A stretch of 64,000 bases of DNA. Origin: an uncultured virus (IMG/VR IMGVR_UViG_3300031884_000010). Taxonomy: Duplodnaviria; Heunggongvirae; Uroviricota; Caudoviricetes. Location of the stretch: IMG/VR virus record IMGVR_UViG_3300031884_000010. One strand, given 5' to 3'. A program made the translations under genes and the position numbers. The notes under the pieces are model-generated. The model saw nothing but the letters and a program-made list of their open reading frames with translations, did no database searches and was not told the origin of the DNA. The stretch's first letter is position 1. Every line of letters starts with the position of its first letter. Below, piece by piece: positions 39,072 to 46,894 of this stretch.

Positions 39072-39148
39072 TGGAAGCGGGGGCCAGATTCGAACTGGCG
39101 ACTTTCGGCGTATGAAACCGACGCTCTACCGGACTGAGCTACCCCGCA
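39072..39148 (-). tRNA. tRNA-CAT (Met/fMet-like), CCA encoded
   Basis: 77-nt cloverleaf TGCGGGG TA GCTC AGTCCGGTA GAGC G TCGGT TTCATAC GCCGA AAGTC GCCAG TTCGAAT CTGGC CCCCGCT T CCA. Confidence 0.92.
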
Positions 39149-39288
39149 AGGGTGGGCCCCCTCAAGGGCGCAGGGACGAATATGGGATAGAAAAAGAAAA
39201 TAATCAATCTCAATTTTAACCCTGGACAATCCCAATACAGACCCGAAGATGTCTCGTGCGGCCCGAAAACCCGCACAAGGAGACACGC
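39149..39288. promoter_or_regulatory. AT-rich divergent control region (tRNA leftward, early operon rightward)
   Basis: TGGACA(39223)-16-GAAGAT then hairpin GTGCGG/CCGCAC and AAGGAG; ATCCCAAT-like boxes. Confidence 0.55.
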
Positions 39289-39579
39289 ATGGGATACAAG
39301 GAGCACTCCCCCTGGGCCATCCGAACGGTGGTCATCCTCAGCAAAGCAGCCGTGGTCGGCGTGTTCCTGCTGGTGGGCGCCGCCTTCCTCTACGGCGAGT
39401 GGGGCGACAGGGTAGAGCAGGAGCACCTGCGCGAGAACGAAGCCCGCACCGCTGCTGAGTGGCGCGAGGCCGTCCACCAGTGGAACCAGGGCGCCCAGAA
39501 GCGCAAGGCCATGCAGGCGGAGATGGATCAACTGCGGGCCACCATCATGGCCTCCAAGCAAGCCAGCCTCCAGCGATGA
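39289..39579 (+). CDS. Membrane-anchored coiled-coil protein
   Basis: One hydrophobic helix then coiled coil; AAGGAG SD. Confidence 0.7.
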   Translation: MGYKEHSPWAIRTVVILSKAAVVGVFLLVGAAFLYGEWGDRVEQEHLRENEARTAAEWREAVHQWNQGAQKRKAMQAEMDQLRATIMASKQASLQR

Positions 39580-39827
39580 ACGCCCTCTCCTACCGCGCCA
39601 GGAAGAACAGCGTCCACCTGCGGATCGTCGCATACCACCCAAGCATGGAGCCCATGCCCGATGACCACCTGCGCGTGGTGTTCCAGGTGGTCGAGCGGGG
39701 CCGCCCCATCGCCGAGGACCCCGTATTCGAGGAGAACGCCTCCGCGCTCTGCCTCGCACGGGAACTCCACCTCATGCGTGAGGAAGGCTGGGAGATAGAG
39801 CCCTGGGAGGCGCCCTATGGCCACTGA
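39576..39827 (+). CDS. Hypothetical protein
   Basis: ATGA overlap; MNALSYRARK... Confidence 0.65.
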   Translation: MNALSYRARKNSVHLRIVAYHPSMEPMPDDHLRVVFQVVERGRPIAEDPVFEENASALCLARELHLMREEGWEIEPWEAPYGH

Positions 39828-40122
39828 ATTCGACGGACTGCCCCTCTTCGCGCATATCCCATACTCGAATCCAACCACATCCAGGGATGCAGCAGAAACA
39901 GTCCGGCCACACCTAGCCGAACTCGAGCAGAAAGTGCTCGACGCCATCCGTGCCAGGCGAGGAGCAACCTGCGACGAAGTGGAAACGATGACGGGACTCT
40001 CCCATCAGACGGCCAGCGCACGCATCCGCGGCCTCGCGCTTAAGGGCCGGATACAAGACGCCGGAGAAACACGCGCCACACGAAGTGGACGCAAGGCCAT
40101 TGTCTGGACCACCGCAGCTTAA
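39817..40122 (+). CDS. Winged-helix DNA-binding protein
   Basis: TSRDAA..VLDAI..GATCDEV..LSHQTASARIRGL..TRSGRKAIVW. Confidence 0.8.
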   Translation: MATEFDGLPLFAHIPYSNPTTSRDAAETVRPHLAELEQKVLDAIRARRGATCDEVETMTGLSHQTASARIRGLALKGRIQDAGETRATRSGRKAIVWTTAA

Positions 40123-40159
40123 CCCCCGCCCACCGAAAGGGCCCATACAGGAGCACAGC

Positions 40160-41242
40160 ATGTCCGAAACCATCACCGCGCCAGCCGAGGAGATCATCGT
40201 CCCCCCGGAGGGCGGTCCCAGCGAACTGGTCCTCGTCAAGCGCCCCAACCCGGCGACCATCTTCACCGACCAGACCTTCATCGAGGCCCTGCTGGCCAAG
40301 ATCGAAGAAGCCGCCACGGCGTTCGAACCGGACCTCACCACCGACAAGGGTCGGAAGAAGATCGCCAGTCAAGCCTACCGGGTCGCCCAGACCAAGACCT
40401 ACCTCGACGGCATGGGCAAGGATCTGGTGGCCGACTACAAGGAACTTCCCAAGCTGATCGACGCCGGCCGCAAGACCCTGCGCGACCGCCTGGACATCCT
40501 GCGGGACAAGGTCCGCCAGCCCCTCACCGACCTCGAGGCGGAGCAGGAGCGCCAGCAGAAGGTGATCGCCGGCATCAGGTGCATCCCCACTGCCTGCGCG
40601 ACGGCCACCGCCGACACCATCCAGTCCACCATCGATAGCCTGGGGACCGAAACAGAGGACTTCCCCGGATTCACCGAGGCCAAGACCGAAACCCTGGCCA
40701 CCCTCCGGGAAATGCTGGCCAAGCGCCAGGCCCATGAAGCCGAGCAGGCCGAACTGGCCAGGCTCCGCGAGGAGGCTGAGGCCCGCCGGAAGGCCGACGA
40801 GGCCGCGGAGATCGCCCGCAAGGCCGCGGAGCAGGCCACCAAGGATGCCGAGGCCCGGGCCCAGGCAGAGAAGGACGCCGCCTACCGCCGGGAACAGGAT
40901 GCCATCGCGGACAGGAACCGCGCCGAACAGGCCCAGAAGGACGCAGAGGCCCGCCTGGATCGGGAACGCTCCGAAGCAGCCGAGCGCGAGGCCATCGCCC
41001 GCCGTGAGGCAGCCGCGGAGGAGCGCCGGCGCCAGGAGGAGCAGCAGGCCACAGACCGCCGCGCAGCCGAGGCCCGGGAACAGGACCAGGCCAACCGCAA
41101 GCGCGTGATGAACGAGGCCCTGGAGGATCTGAAGGCCCAGGTGCCCACCTACCCCGAGGGGATCCAGGTGGACGCCCTCCTGAAGAAGATCCTCCTGGCC
41201 GTCGAACAGGGCAAGGTCCGCCACACCCGGATCGAGTTCTGA
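40160..41242 (+). CDS. Phage coiled-coil protein (often annotated 'TolA-like')
   Basis: PDLTTDKGRKKIASQAYRVAQTKTYLDGMGKDLV motif then long E/A/R coil. Confidence 0.75.
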   Translation: MSETITAPAEEIIVPPEGGPSELVLVKRPNPATIFTDQTFIEALLAKIEEAATAFEPDLTTDKGRKKIASQAYRVAQTKTYLDGMGKDLVADYKELPKLIDAGRKTLRDRLDILRDKVRQPLTDLEAEQERQQKVIAGIRCIPTACATATADTIQSTIDSLGTETEDFPGFTEAKTETLATLREMLAKRQAHEAEQAELARLREEAEARRKADEAAEIARKAAEQATKDAEARAQAEKDAAYRREQDAIADRNRAEQAQKDAEARLDRERSEAAEREAIARREAAAEERRRQEEQQATDRRAAEAREQDQANRKRVMNEALEDLKAQVPTYPEGIQVDALLKKILLAVEQGKVRHTRIEF

Positions 41243-41246
41243 GCCC

Positions 41247-41363
41247 ATGGCCCCCAAGAAACTCACCCCCAAACGCCGCAAGGCCCTCGTCAAACGCCTC
41301 CTCGACCGCCTGGTCGCTGACGCCAAGGCCCGGGCCGTCGCCAACCTAACGAGGACCGCATGA
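41247..41363 (+). CDS. Small basic peptide (38 aa)
   Basis: MAPKKLTPKRRKALVKRLLDRL...; stop overlaps the next ATG. Confidence 0.45.
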   Translation: MAPKKLTPKRRKALVKRLLDRLVADAKARAVANLTRTA

Positions 41364-41998
41364 GCGTCACCGCCAGCCACCGCGCACGAGAAGCATTCCT
41401 CCAACAGATCCTGGCCATGGAGCCCGAATACGCCACCGGGTTCGCCCGCGGGGCCAGCGGCATAGCCCATAAGACCATCTGGAACGAGGGAAACCTCCGC
41501 GAAGCCCTGGGTATCCCCGTGGTGACCCCGGCCCCGATCCTGTTCACTATCGAGGTCTCGCACCCCATCGCCTTCGACGCCGGAGCCCGGATGCGCTTCG
41601 AGGTCACAGCCGAGGCCCTGGCCAAAGCAGCTGCCCATGAGGCCGAGCAGGGCATCATCGCTGGCGCCTTCACCGAATGTCAGCGCCTGATCAAGCAGGT
41701 TGAGGAACTCCGGCAGCGGATCTTCACCCTCGAGGGAGGACTGTCCACCGACACCCCGGCAGTCTACCTCGTCGCCCAGGAGGTCGCCCGGGCCCGGGCG
41801 AAATACCCCGTGACCAACTTCCACGACCGGATCGACGGATTCGTCCAGGAAGCCGGGGAGGCCATGCAGGCCCTCCTGAAGCTGAAGCACAACGGGACCA
41901 ACATCGCCCCGGACGGCACCGACCTGCTGGCCCACGCCCGCGAGGAGGTCATCCAGGCCGCCGGCCAGTGCGTCCGACTGCTCGAGGAGGCCCTGTGA
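41360..41998 (+). CDS. Protein with C-terminal MazG-like NTP pyrophosphatase fold
   Basis: EVARARAKYP..VQEAGEAMQAL...REEVIQAAGQCVRLLE. Confidence 0.55.
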   Translation: MSVTASHRAREAFLQQILAMEPEYATGFARGASGIAHKTIWNEGNLREALGIPVVTPAPILFTIEVSHPIAFDAGARMRFEVTAEALAKAAAHEAEQGIIAGAFTECQRLIKQVEELRQRIFTLEGGLSTDTPAVYLVAQEVARARAKYPVTNFHDRIDGFVQEAGEAMQALLKLKHNGTNIAPDGTDLLAHAREEVIQAAGQCVRLLEEAL

Positions 41999-42258
41999 TC
42001 GAGGTCCGAGGCTTCCGCTGCAGCCACTGCGACGCAGCCCGCCGGGTCCGCCGGACCTACGCCACCAGCCAGTCCTGCTTCAAGCACGAGCGGGCCTGCT
42101 ACATGAACCCCCTCAACGCCGCCTGCGCCACCTGTCGCAAGTGGGCCGTCGAGGAGGACCATGGCCACGCCTGCACGGAGGCCCATGACCGCGGCCCAGA
42201 GAAGGTCGACGCGTCCTTCCCCGTCAGGCACTGCCCCTTCTGGGAGGCCAAGCCATGA
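41995..42258 (+). CDS. Cys-rich zinc-binding protein
   Basis: GTGA overlap; CSHC, HERAC, CATC, CPFW. Confidence 0.65.
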   Translation: MIEVRGFRCSHCDAARRVRRTYATSQSCFKHERACYMNPLNAACATCRKWAVEEDHGHACTEAHDRGPEKVDASFPVRHCPFWEAKP

Positions 42259-42407
42259 AGGCACTCACCTACCAGGACTGGCTAGACGCCGGGTTCCAGG
42301 TCCGCAAGGGCCAGAAATCCAAGGCCAAGAACAAGGCCAGAGAGCCCACCTTCACCCGGGACCAGGTGGAGATCGCCAACGAACGCCCCCCCCGGGAGGA
42401 AGCGTGA
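42255..42407 (+). CDS. Small phage protein (50 aa)
   Basis: MKALTYQDWLDAGFQVRKGQKS...; ATGA/GTGA coupled at both ends. Confidence 0.6.
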   Translation: MKALTYQDWLDAGFQVRKGQKSKAKNKAREPTFTRDQVEIANERPPREEA

Positions 42408-42592
42408 TCAAGCCCGACACCTGCATCAAGTGTGAGAAGGCTGAACCCGAGTGGGGGTCATTCCTCTGCAAGCCGTGCCAGGACACCCTCAAGGTCCCGG
42501 CCGAATCCAGTCGCCCCGAGCAGGGCAAGCCCGTGGCCAAGCGCACCGTCCGCCCCTACCACAAGAACCGATTTGGAGAATTCGCCCGATGA
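42404..42592 (+). CDS. Small zinc-finger protein
   Basis: CIKC...LCKPC; GGAGG SD. Confidence 0.55.
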   Translation: MIKPDTCIKCEKAEPEWGSFLCKPCQDTLKVPAESSRPEQGKPVAKRTVRPYHKNRFGEFAR

Positions 42593-43059
42593 GCAACTAC
42601 CTGAAGCACCCCACGGGGAACCTCCCTGCCCCCCGCATCTTCGGCCGCTGGATGGTCACGGGCCCCGAATTCGAGGACGGGTCCGGCTGGAGCATGTGCC
42701 AGCACGAGAACGACAAGTGCCAGAAGTGCGTCGCCTCCTTCAGCGACGAGGACGATGCCACCGAAACCGCCCGGATCCTCGACAAGTGGGACACGGCCAT
42801 CGCCCAGGGCCGCGAGGCCGCCAAGCAGATGGGCATCCACCTGGCCGTCCATCTGCGGGAAGCGGACGCAGCCGGCAAGATGACCACGGTCGTGGACGAG
42901 ACGGTCCCCGACGACACGATCATCATCGAGAAGGACGGCCAGGAGGTCGCCCGCCTCGTGGGGATCGCCATGGAACCCGAGGAGCCCAAGGCCCCCCAGG
43001 TCACCCACGAACTCTCCGGCGTCGCCCGACCCTACAAGGGACTGCCGAAACCCCAGTAA
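42589..43059 (+). CDS. Hypothetical protein
   Basis: ATGA overlap, 156 aa. Confidence 0.65.
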   Translation: MSNYLKHPTGNLPAPRIFGRWMVTGPEFEDGSGWSMCQHENDKCQKCVASFSDEDDATETARILDKWDTAIAQGREAAKQMGIHLAVHLREADAAGKMTTVVDETVPDDTIIIEKDGQEVARLVGIAMEPEEPKAPQVTHELSGVARPYKGLPKPQ

Positions 43060-43157
43060 GGTTCGGCAGAAGGTCAGATGCCGGAACCATCAACCCAAGC
43101 CCAGGGCGGCCTCGTGGCGGTCCTGTCCATCTGCACGACCCTCGAAAGGAACACGCC

Positions 43158-43472
43158 ATGGACCTGAAAGAATTAAATAACCTGGAAAGCCTGGCTGCCG
43201 GGGCAAGGCGCGAAGCCACACTAGCCACAGAAAGAGCCCAACATGCCGCCAAGTTCCGAGGCGAGTTGGCCGAACCAGAAACCAAGGTCAGCCTGGAGTG
43301 CAAGATCTCGGATTGGGTCGCTCCGTTGGTCCGCAAGAAGTTCAGCGATGCCGTTCTGGAGCACGCGCCATCTATCTTCCGCATGATCGAACTGCGGGAG
43401 CAGGCTGAGGCAAAGCGCCTCACCGCGCAGGCTGAAATCTTCGAAGCCCAGATCACAGCTGCAATCCTCTGA
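43158..43472 (+). CDS. Hypothetical protein (unit 1)
   Basis: AAGGA SD, 104 aa. Confidence 0.7.
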   Translation: MDLKELNNLESLAAGARREATLATERAQHAAKFRGELAEPETKVSLECKISDWVAPLVRKKFSDAVLEHAPSIFRMIELREQAEAKRLTAQAEIFEAQITAAIL

Positions 43473-43489
43473 TGTCCAGGAGGTGCCCG

Positions 43490-43624
43490 ATGTGGAAAGC
43501 CATCCTCTGTTTCTTCTGGGAGCCGTGGTCCTGCGATGCGTCTAACCCCTACAAAATCACTCGGACCTGTGCCCGATGCGGAAGGCAGGAAGTTCTGGCT
43601 TTCGGAATGTGGCACCGGATCTGA
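43490..43624 (+). CDS. Small Cys protein, DUF1660-like (unit 2)
   Basis: MWKAILCFFW...RTCARCGRQE; AGGAGG SD. Confidence 0.6.
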   Translation: MWKAILCFFWEPWSCDASNPYKITRTCARCGRQEVLAFGMWHRI

Positions 43625-43645
43625 AGTTGTCCAGAAAGGTGAACC

Positions 43646-43993
43646 ATGAACCCGATGCCCGACCCCAAGCGCAGCGAGTGGCAGGCTGACCCCCTAAAGT
43701 GGATCTTCGCCATGACGGAATGGGGCGAGGAAGCCAAAGCGGAGATCGCCGGGCTGGAAATGATGGTCAAGGGTGCCATCTCCCTGGGGACCGAAAGGAC
43801 CCTGGAGCGTGACGAAGCCCGTTCCAGGATTGCGGGTCTGGAGGCGCAGAACCGCCACGACGATGCCGCTGATACCGAGTGCCGGAACCTGCTGATGGAG
43901 GAGAACGACAACCTCCGCGCCCAGATTGCGACACTCAAGGAACGCCTTGAGCAGCCGTGTCTTGCCTGTGGCTTCATCAACCCCGCCGAATAG
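43646..43993 (+). CDS. Coiled-coil hypothetical protein (unit 3)
   Basis: 115 aa, AAGG SD. Confidence 0.65.
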   Translation: MNPMPDPKRSEWQADPLKWIFAMTEWGEEAKAEIAGLEMMVKGAISLGTERTLERDEARSRIAGLEAQNRHDDAADTECRNLLMEENDNLRAQIATLKERLEQPCLACGFINPAE

Positions 43994-44021
43994 GCTCTTG
44001 TCCAAGATAAGGAACCTCGCC

Positions 44022-44396
44022 GTGTGGAACCCATTCAAGCGAAAACCGAAACGACTAGGCGACCTGATGGCTGACTACCTGAAAGCCGGGGAACAAATCT
44101 TCGGCGTGGGCTATAACGAGCGCGAACACCAGAAGTATGAAGAACTCAGGGCAACCGTCCAATGCGCTGAGGACGAAAGCCTAGCCGATGGAATCCGGCG
44201 ACTCGCCCTCCGCGTTAAGGATCTGGAACGGTCAGAGCGTGGGCTGGCGGAGGAGCGTGACCACGCCGAGGAGTGGGCGGACAAACTGGCTGAAGCCATC
44301 GCCCGCCACTTCCGCGAGGACATTGGCGAACACTCCAATATCAACCTTCCTTGGGCGAATGCCCACAACCTCATCGACGGTAACTTCTGCCGTTGA
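44022..44396 (+). CDS. Hypothetical protein (unit 4)
   Basis: GTG after TAAGGA; ERDHAEEWADKLA..IGEHSNINLPW phage motif. Confidence 0.65.
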   Translation: MWNPFKRKPKRLGDLMADYLKAGEQIFGVGYNEREHQKYEELRATVQCAEDESLADGIRRLALRVKDLERSERGLAEERDHAEEWADKLAEAIARHFREDIGEHSNINLPWANAHNLIDGNFCR

Positions 44397-44416
44397 TGTC
44401 CAAGATCGGAGGCACT

Positions 44417-45313
44417 GTGAGCGCCATTGACCATCTAAATCGGATCATGGAAGCTGCCGCTGGGCTGGGGCGCAATGTCCCGCCTGACGAAGCAATCCGG
44501 AGAAGCGTCCTGGTGACTTCCACGATGACCGACCAAATGGAAAGGTCTAACCACCGGATGCTGGCAGGGGCATCAACACTTGGGAACATCCGGGTGGCCT
44601 ATGAGGTGCCAATTGATTTGTACAAGGAGCTACAAGCATCCAAGATCGACCCGGAGGATATTCCAACCGAGCTTATCGTGATCCCTCACCCAAGGATCTT
44701 TCTTCGGGCATTCGACCAAGAAACAAAAAAGGGGTTCTTCTACTTCCTGGCCATGGATCATTTTGACGGGTTCCGGGTGCTCACCGTGTTCATGCCGACC
44801 GGGTCGCTTCCCGTAAAACTTATTCCGGGTCTTTCCGTCGCAGACTCCATTCGTAAAACGGAATTTCAGATCGGGCCATTCCGTGGTGACGGATCTTATA
44901 CGCCAGAAGGGAAGATGTTTGAGATGTTGGAGACAGTCGTGAAGGTGGCCCTGTTTCTGTCGGCTACCAATGACTATGAAGATGTCGATGTGCCCCCGAT
45001 TGGTGGCGGGAAGAAGAATCGAAACAAACCCGACTTCATGAAGCAGCCAGCCACCCGAAGGATCATTGGTGGGAAGTTCGTTTCAGCGCTGAACCGTTAT
45101 CGCAAGACCCGATCTACCGGAGCCGCCACGTCAATTACACATGGCGATACCAAACCTCACCTTCGCGCTGGGCACTGGCATCTCTACTGGACCGGGAAAG
45201 GTAGCAAGACGGGAACTGGGCCAAAAATCCCCAAGGTCCAATGGTTGCATCCTTGCCTTGTGAACGCTGACGAGGTTGGCGAGGTTGAGATCCAACGCAC
45301 CATCAAAAACTGA
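44417..45313 (+). CDS. AcrVA2-like protein (unit 5)
   Basis: GTG after GGAGG; C-terminal KPHLRAGHWHLYWTG...VQWLHPCLVN matches the PHxRxxHWH..W..P..VN motif of the AcrVA2 family; visibly lower GC. Confidence 0.55.
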   Translation: MSAIDHLNRIMEAAAGLGRNVPPDEAIRRSVLVTSTMTDQMERSNHRMLAGASTLGNIRVAYEVPIDLYKELQASKIDPEDIPTELIVIPHPRIFLRAFDQETKKGFFYFLAMDHFDGFRVLTVFMPTGSLPVKLIPGLSVADSIRKTEFQIGPFRGDGSYTPEGKMFEMLETVVKVALFLSATNDYEDVDVPPIGGGKKNRNKPDFMKQPATRRIIGGKFVSALNRYRKTRSTGAATSITHGDTKPHLRAGHWHLYWTGKGSKTGTGPKIPKVQWLHPCLVNADEVGEVEIQRTIKN

Positions 45314-45332
45314 ATCTGTCCAGGAGTCTGAC

Positions 45333-45593
45333 ATGAACTTCTCGCTTGTTTACCTCCTGGTCTGTCTGGCCCTCTTTCTTGGGTTCAAGGTCGGGGCACG
45401 GTGGGGGAATCGTCCACCTCGTCCTGGCCGAATCGAAATCCCAAGCAACCTATTCCAGGAACTGGTAAACCTCGCATGGTGCGCCAGCACCCACACGGAC
45501 GCCCATCAGGTCTATGGCACCTCCGAGCAGGACGCCACCAACACCGCCCAGGCCGCGCAAAACACCCTAGACCGATTCAACCGCGCCAAGTAG
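45333..45593 (+). CDS. Membrane-anchored hypothetical protein (unit 6)
   Basis: N-terminal hydrophobic helix; AGGAG SD. Confidence 0.65.
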   Translation: MNFSLVYLLVCLALFLGFKVGARWGNRPPRPGRIEIPSNLFQELVNLAWCASTHTDAHQVYGTSEQDATNTAQAAQNTLDRFNRAK

Positions 45594-45616
45594 GCGTATG
45601 TCCAGAGGCACACCAC

Positions 45617-45844
45617 ATGCTGCTCAAAGACTTCATCGAAAAACTCCAATACATCGAGAAGGAAAGCCGAGGCACCCACCACTTTGACGGGAAGGTGGAA
45701 GTGTTTTTCTACTTGGACGATCCCACCGATGAGGTTGATGTAGAGATAGACCTGCATCCAGAAGACCCGGTTGAGCCGTGGATATTGATGGGCTGTGGCT
45801 GCTGGGCTGGTGCGAATGTTCTCCTTCAAATTAACCGCAAGTGA
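45617..45844 (+). CDS. Acidic hypothetical protein (unit 7)
   Basis: 75 aa, GAGG SD; GCGCW motif. Confidence 0.65.
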   Translation: MLLKDFIEKLQYIEKESRGTHHFDGKVEVFFYLDDPTDEVDVEIDLHPEDPVEPWILMGCGCWAGANVLLQINRK

Positions 45845-45861
45845 TCTTGTCCAGGAGCCCC

Positions 45862-46044
45862 ATGCCTAAACCCGTCATAGTCTCAGCGACATGCCAACCG
45901 GCCCCCGATGAACTCAGCCTCTGCGACCCAGAGATCCGCGCCTTGTTCGAGGGCACACAATACTTCATCGGCACGCCCACCATGGCCCAACTGGTCAAGG
46001 AATTGCGCCTGCTGCGCGAGGCACTCGCCAAGGAGAAGCCATGA
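45862..46044 (+). CDS. Hypothetical protein
   Basis: AGGAG SD after last TGTCCA; stop overlaps the next ATG. Confidence 0.6.
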   Translation: MPKPVIVSATCQPAPDELSLCDPEIRALFEGTQYFIGTPTMAQLVKELRLLREALAKEKP

Positions 46045-46448
46045 AGAAGAAGCTGAAGGCCAAGATCAAGGCGCTTGCGGCCCAGGTGGCAGCACTCGAT
46101 GACCGGACAGCCCGCCTCGTGAATGAAGTGGCCCTCCTCAAGCGCTTCATCCGGGCCACGCCCGAGGAGCAGAAGGCCCTCCTGGAAACGTGGGACGCCC
46201 AGGACAAGGCCCTCCGAGCCATCCACAAGACGATGGAGGACACCCTCCTATTCGGGGCCCAGAGCACCACACTCGAGCCCGTGTTCCAGGGATTCCCAGC
46301 CCCCAAGGGGTTCACGCATGACACCGGAACCGTCCATGTAGGCCCCGAAGTGGTGGCGCTCACCTCCGGCCCGCTGGCCGAGGGAATGACCATCCACTAC
46401 CCGGGACACCCGCTGGACGGAGCGACGATCACCCGGGCCAGCGACTAG
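46041..46448 (+). CDS. Hypothetical protein
   Basis: 135 aa, AAGGAG SD. Confidence 0.65.
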   Translation: MKKKLKAKIKALAAQVAALDDRTARLVNEVALLKRFIRATPEEQKALLETWDAQDKALRAIHKTMEDTLLFGAQSTTLEPVFQGFPAPKGFTHDTGTVHVGPEVVALTSGPLAEGMTIHYPGHPLDGATITRASD

Positions 46449-46576
46449 AGGTCGAGCCACCCGAACACGAGGCGCCCGAGGGCCGCGAAGAAGTCAAGGA
46501 ACGCCTCTACCAACAGGGACCACCGGCTGCGCTCATGCCTCGCCCAGATCTGCTCTAGCCTTTCGTCTGGTTTCAT
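46445..46576 (-). CDS. Small hydrophobic ORF (43 aa)
   Basis: MKPDERLEQIWARHERSRWSLLVEAFLDFFAALGRLVFGWLDL; stop overlaps the convergent stop. Confidence 0.4.
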   Translation of the reverse strand: MKPDERLEQIWARHERSRWSLLVEAFLDFFAALGRLVFGWLDL

Positions 46577-46597
46577 GGGCCACCCCATTAAGAGCGC

Positions 46598-46894
46598 TCA
46601 AGACAGGTTGGGCTCCACCACCAGCGAGGACACCCGGCTGAACACCGAGCGACCCGTGCTGGCATCCTGCACCTGCAGCTGGTAAACCCCCGCCACAGGG
46701 AAGTCGCCGGCGCCCACCTGGTAGGCCACCTTCCCCGACGGGCCGTCCACCAGCCCCACAGGGAGGGGAATGGGAACCGTCGTCGGAAGGGAGGCCGGCG
46801 CCTTGATGACCAGGTTGACGGCGGTCGCCGCGCTCAGATCAAGGCCGGTGGCCAGGGAAAGGACATAACCGAAGCTGCCAGCCTGCACGCTCAT
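46598..46894 (-). CDS. Small Ig/BppU-like virion protein
   Basis: DLSAAT..GKVAYQV..GDFPVAGVYQLQV. Confidence 0.55.
   Translation of the reverse strand: MSVQAGSFGYVLSLATGLDLSAATAVNLVIKAPASLPTTVPIPLPVGLVDGPSGKVAYQVGAGDFPVAGVYQLQVQDASTGRSVFSRVSSLVVEPNLS

Larger units (their letters stand above)
43124..45853 (+). repeat. Eight TGTCCA hexamers, one at each gene junction (candidate cassette array)
   Basis: Copies start at 43124, 43473, 43628, 43999, 44397, 45317, 45599, 45848. Confidence 0.9.

Noticed and set aside
39072..39148. tRNA as prophage attachment site
   Set aside because: Phage-type genes on both sides, no integrase nearby, no duplicated tRNA 3' end seen.
39289..39579. Holin/spanin call for this or the other small membrane ORFs
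   Set aside because: No adjacent endolysin or lipoprotein; a single hydrophobic helix is not enough.
43124..45853. TGTCCA series as a CRISPR array, classical integron or antisense promoters
   Set aside because: Repeat is only 6 bp and the spacers are genes; no attC palindromes or intI; read as TGGACA on the minus strand, most copies checked lack a -10 at the right spacing.
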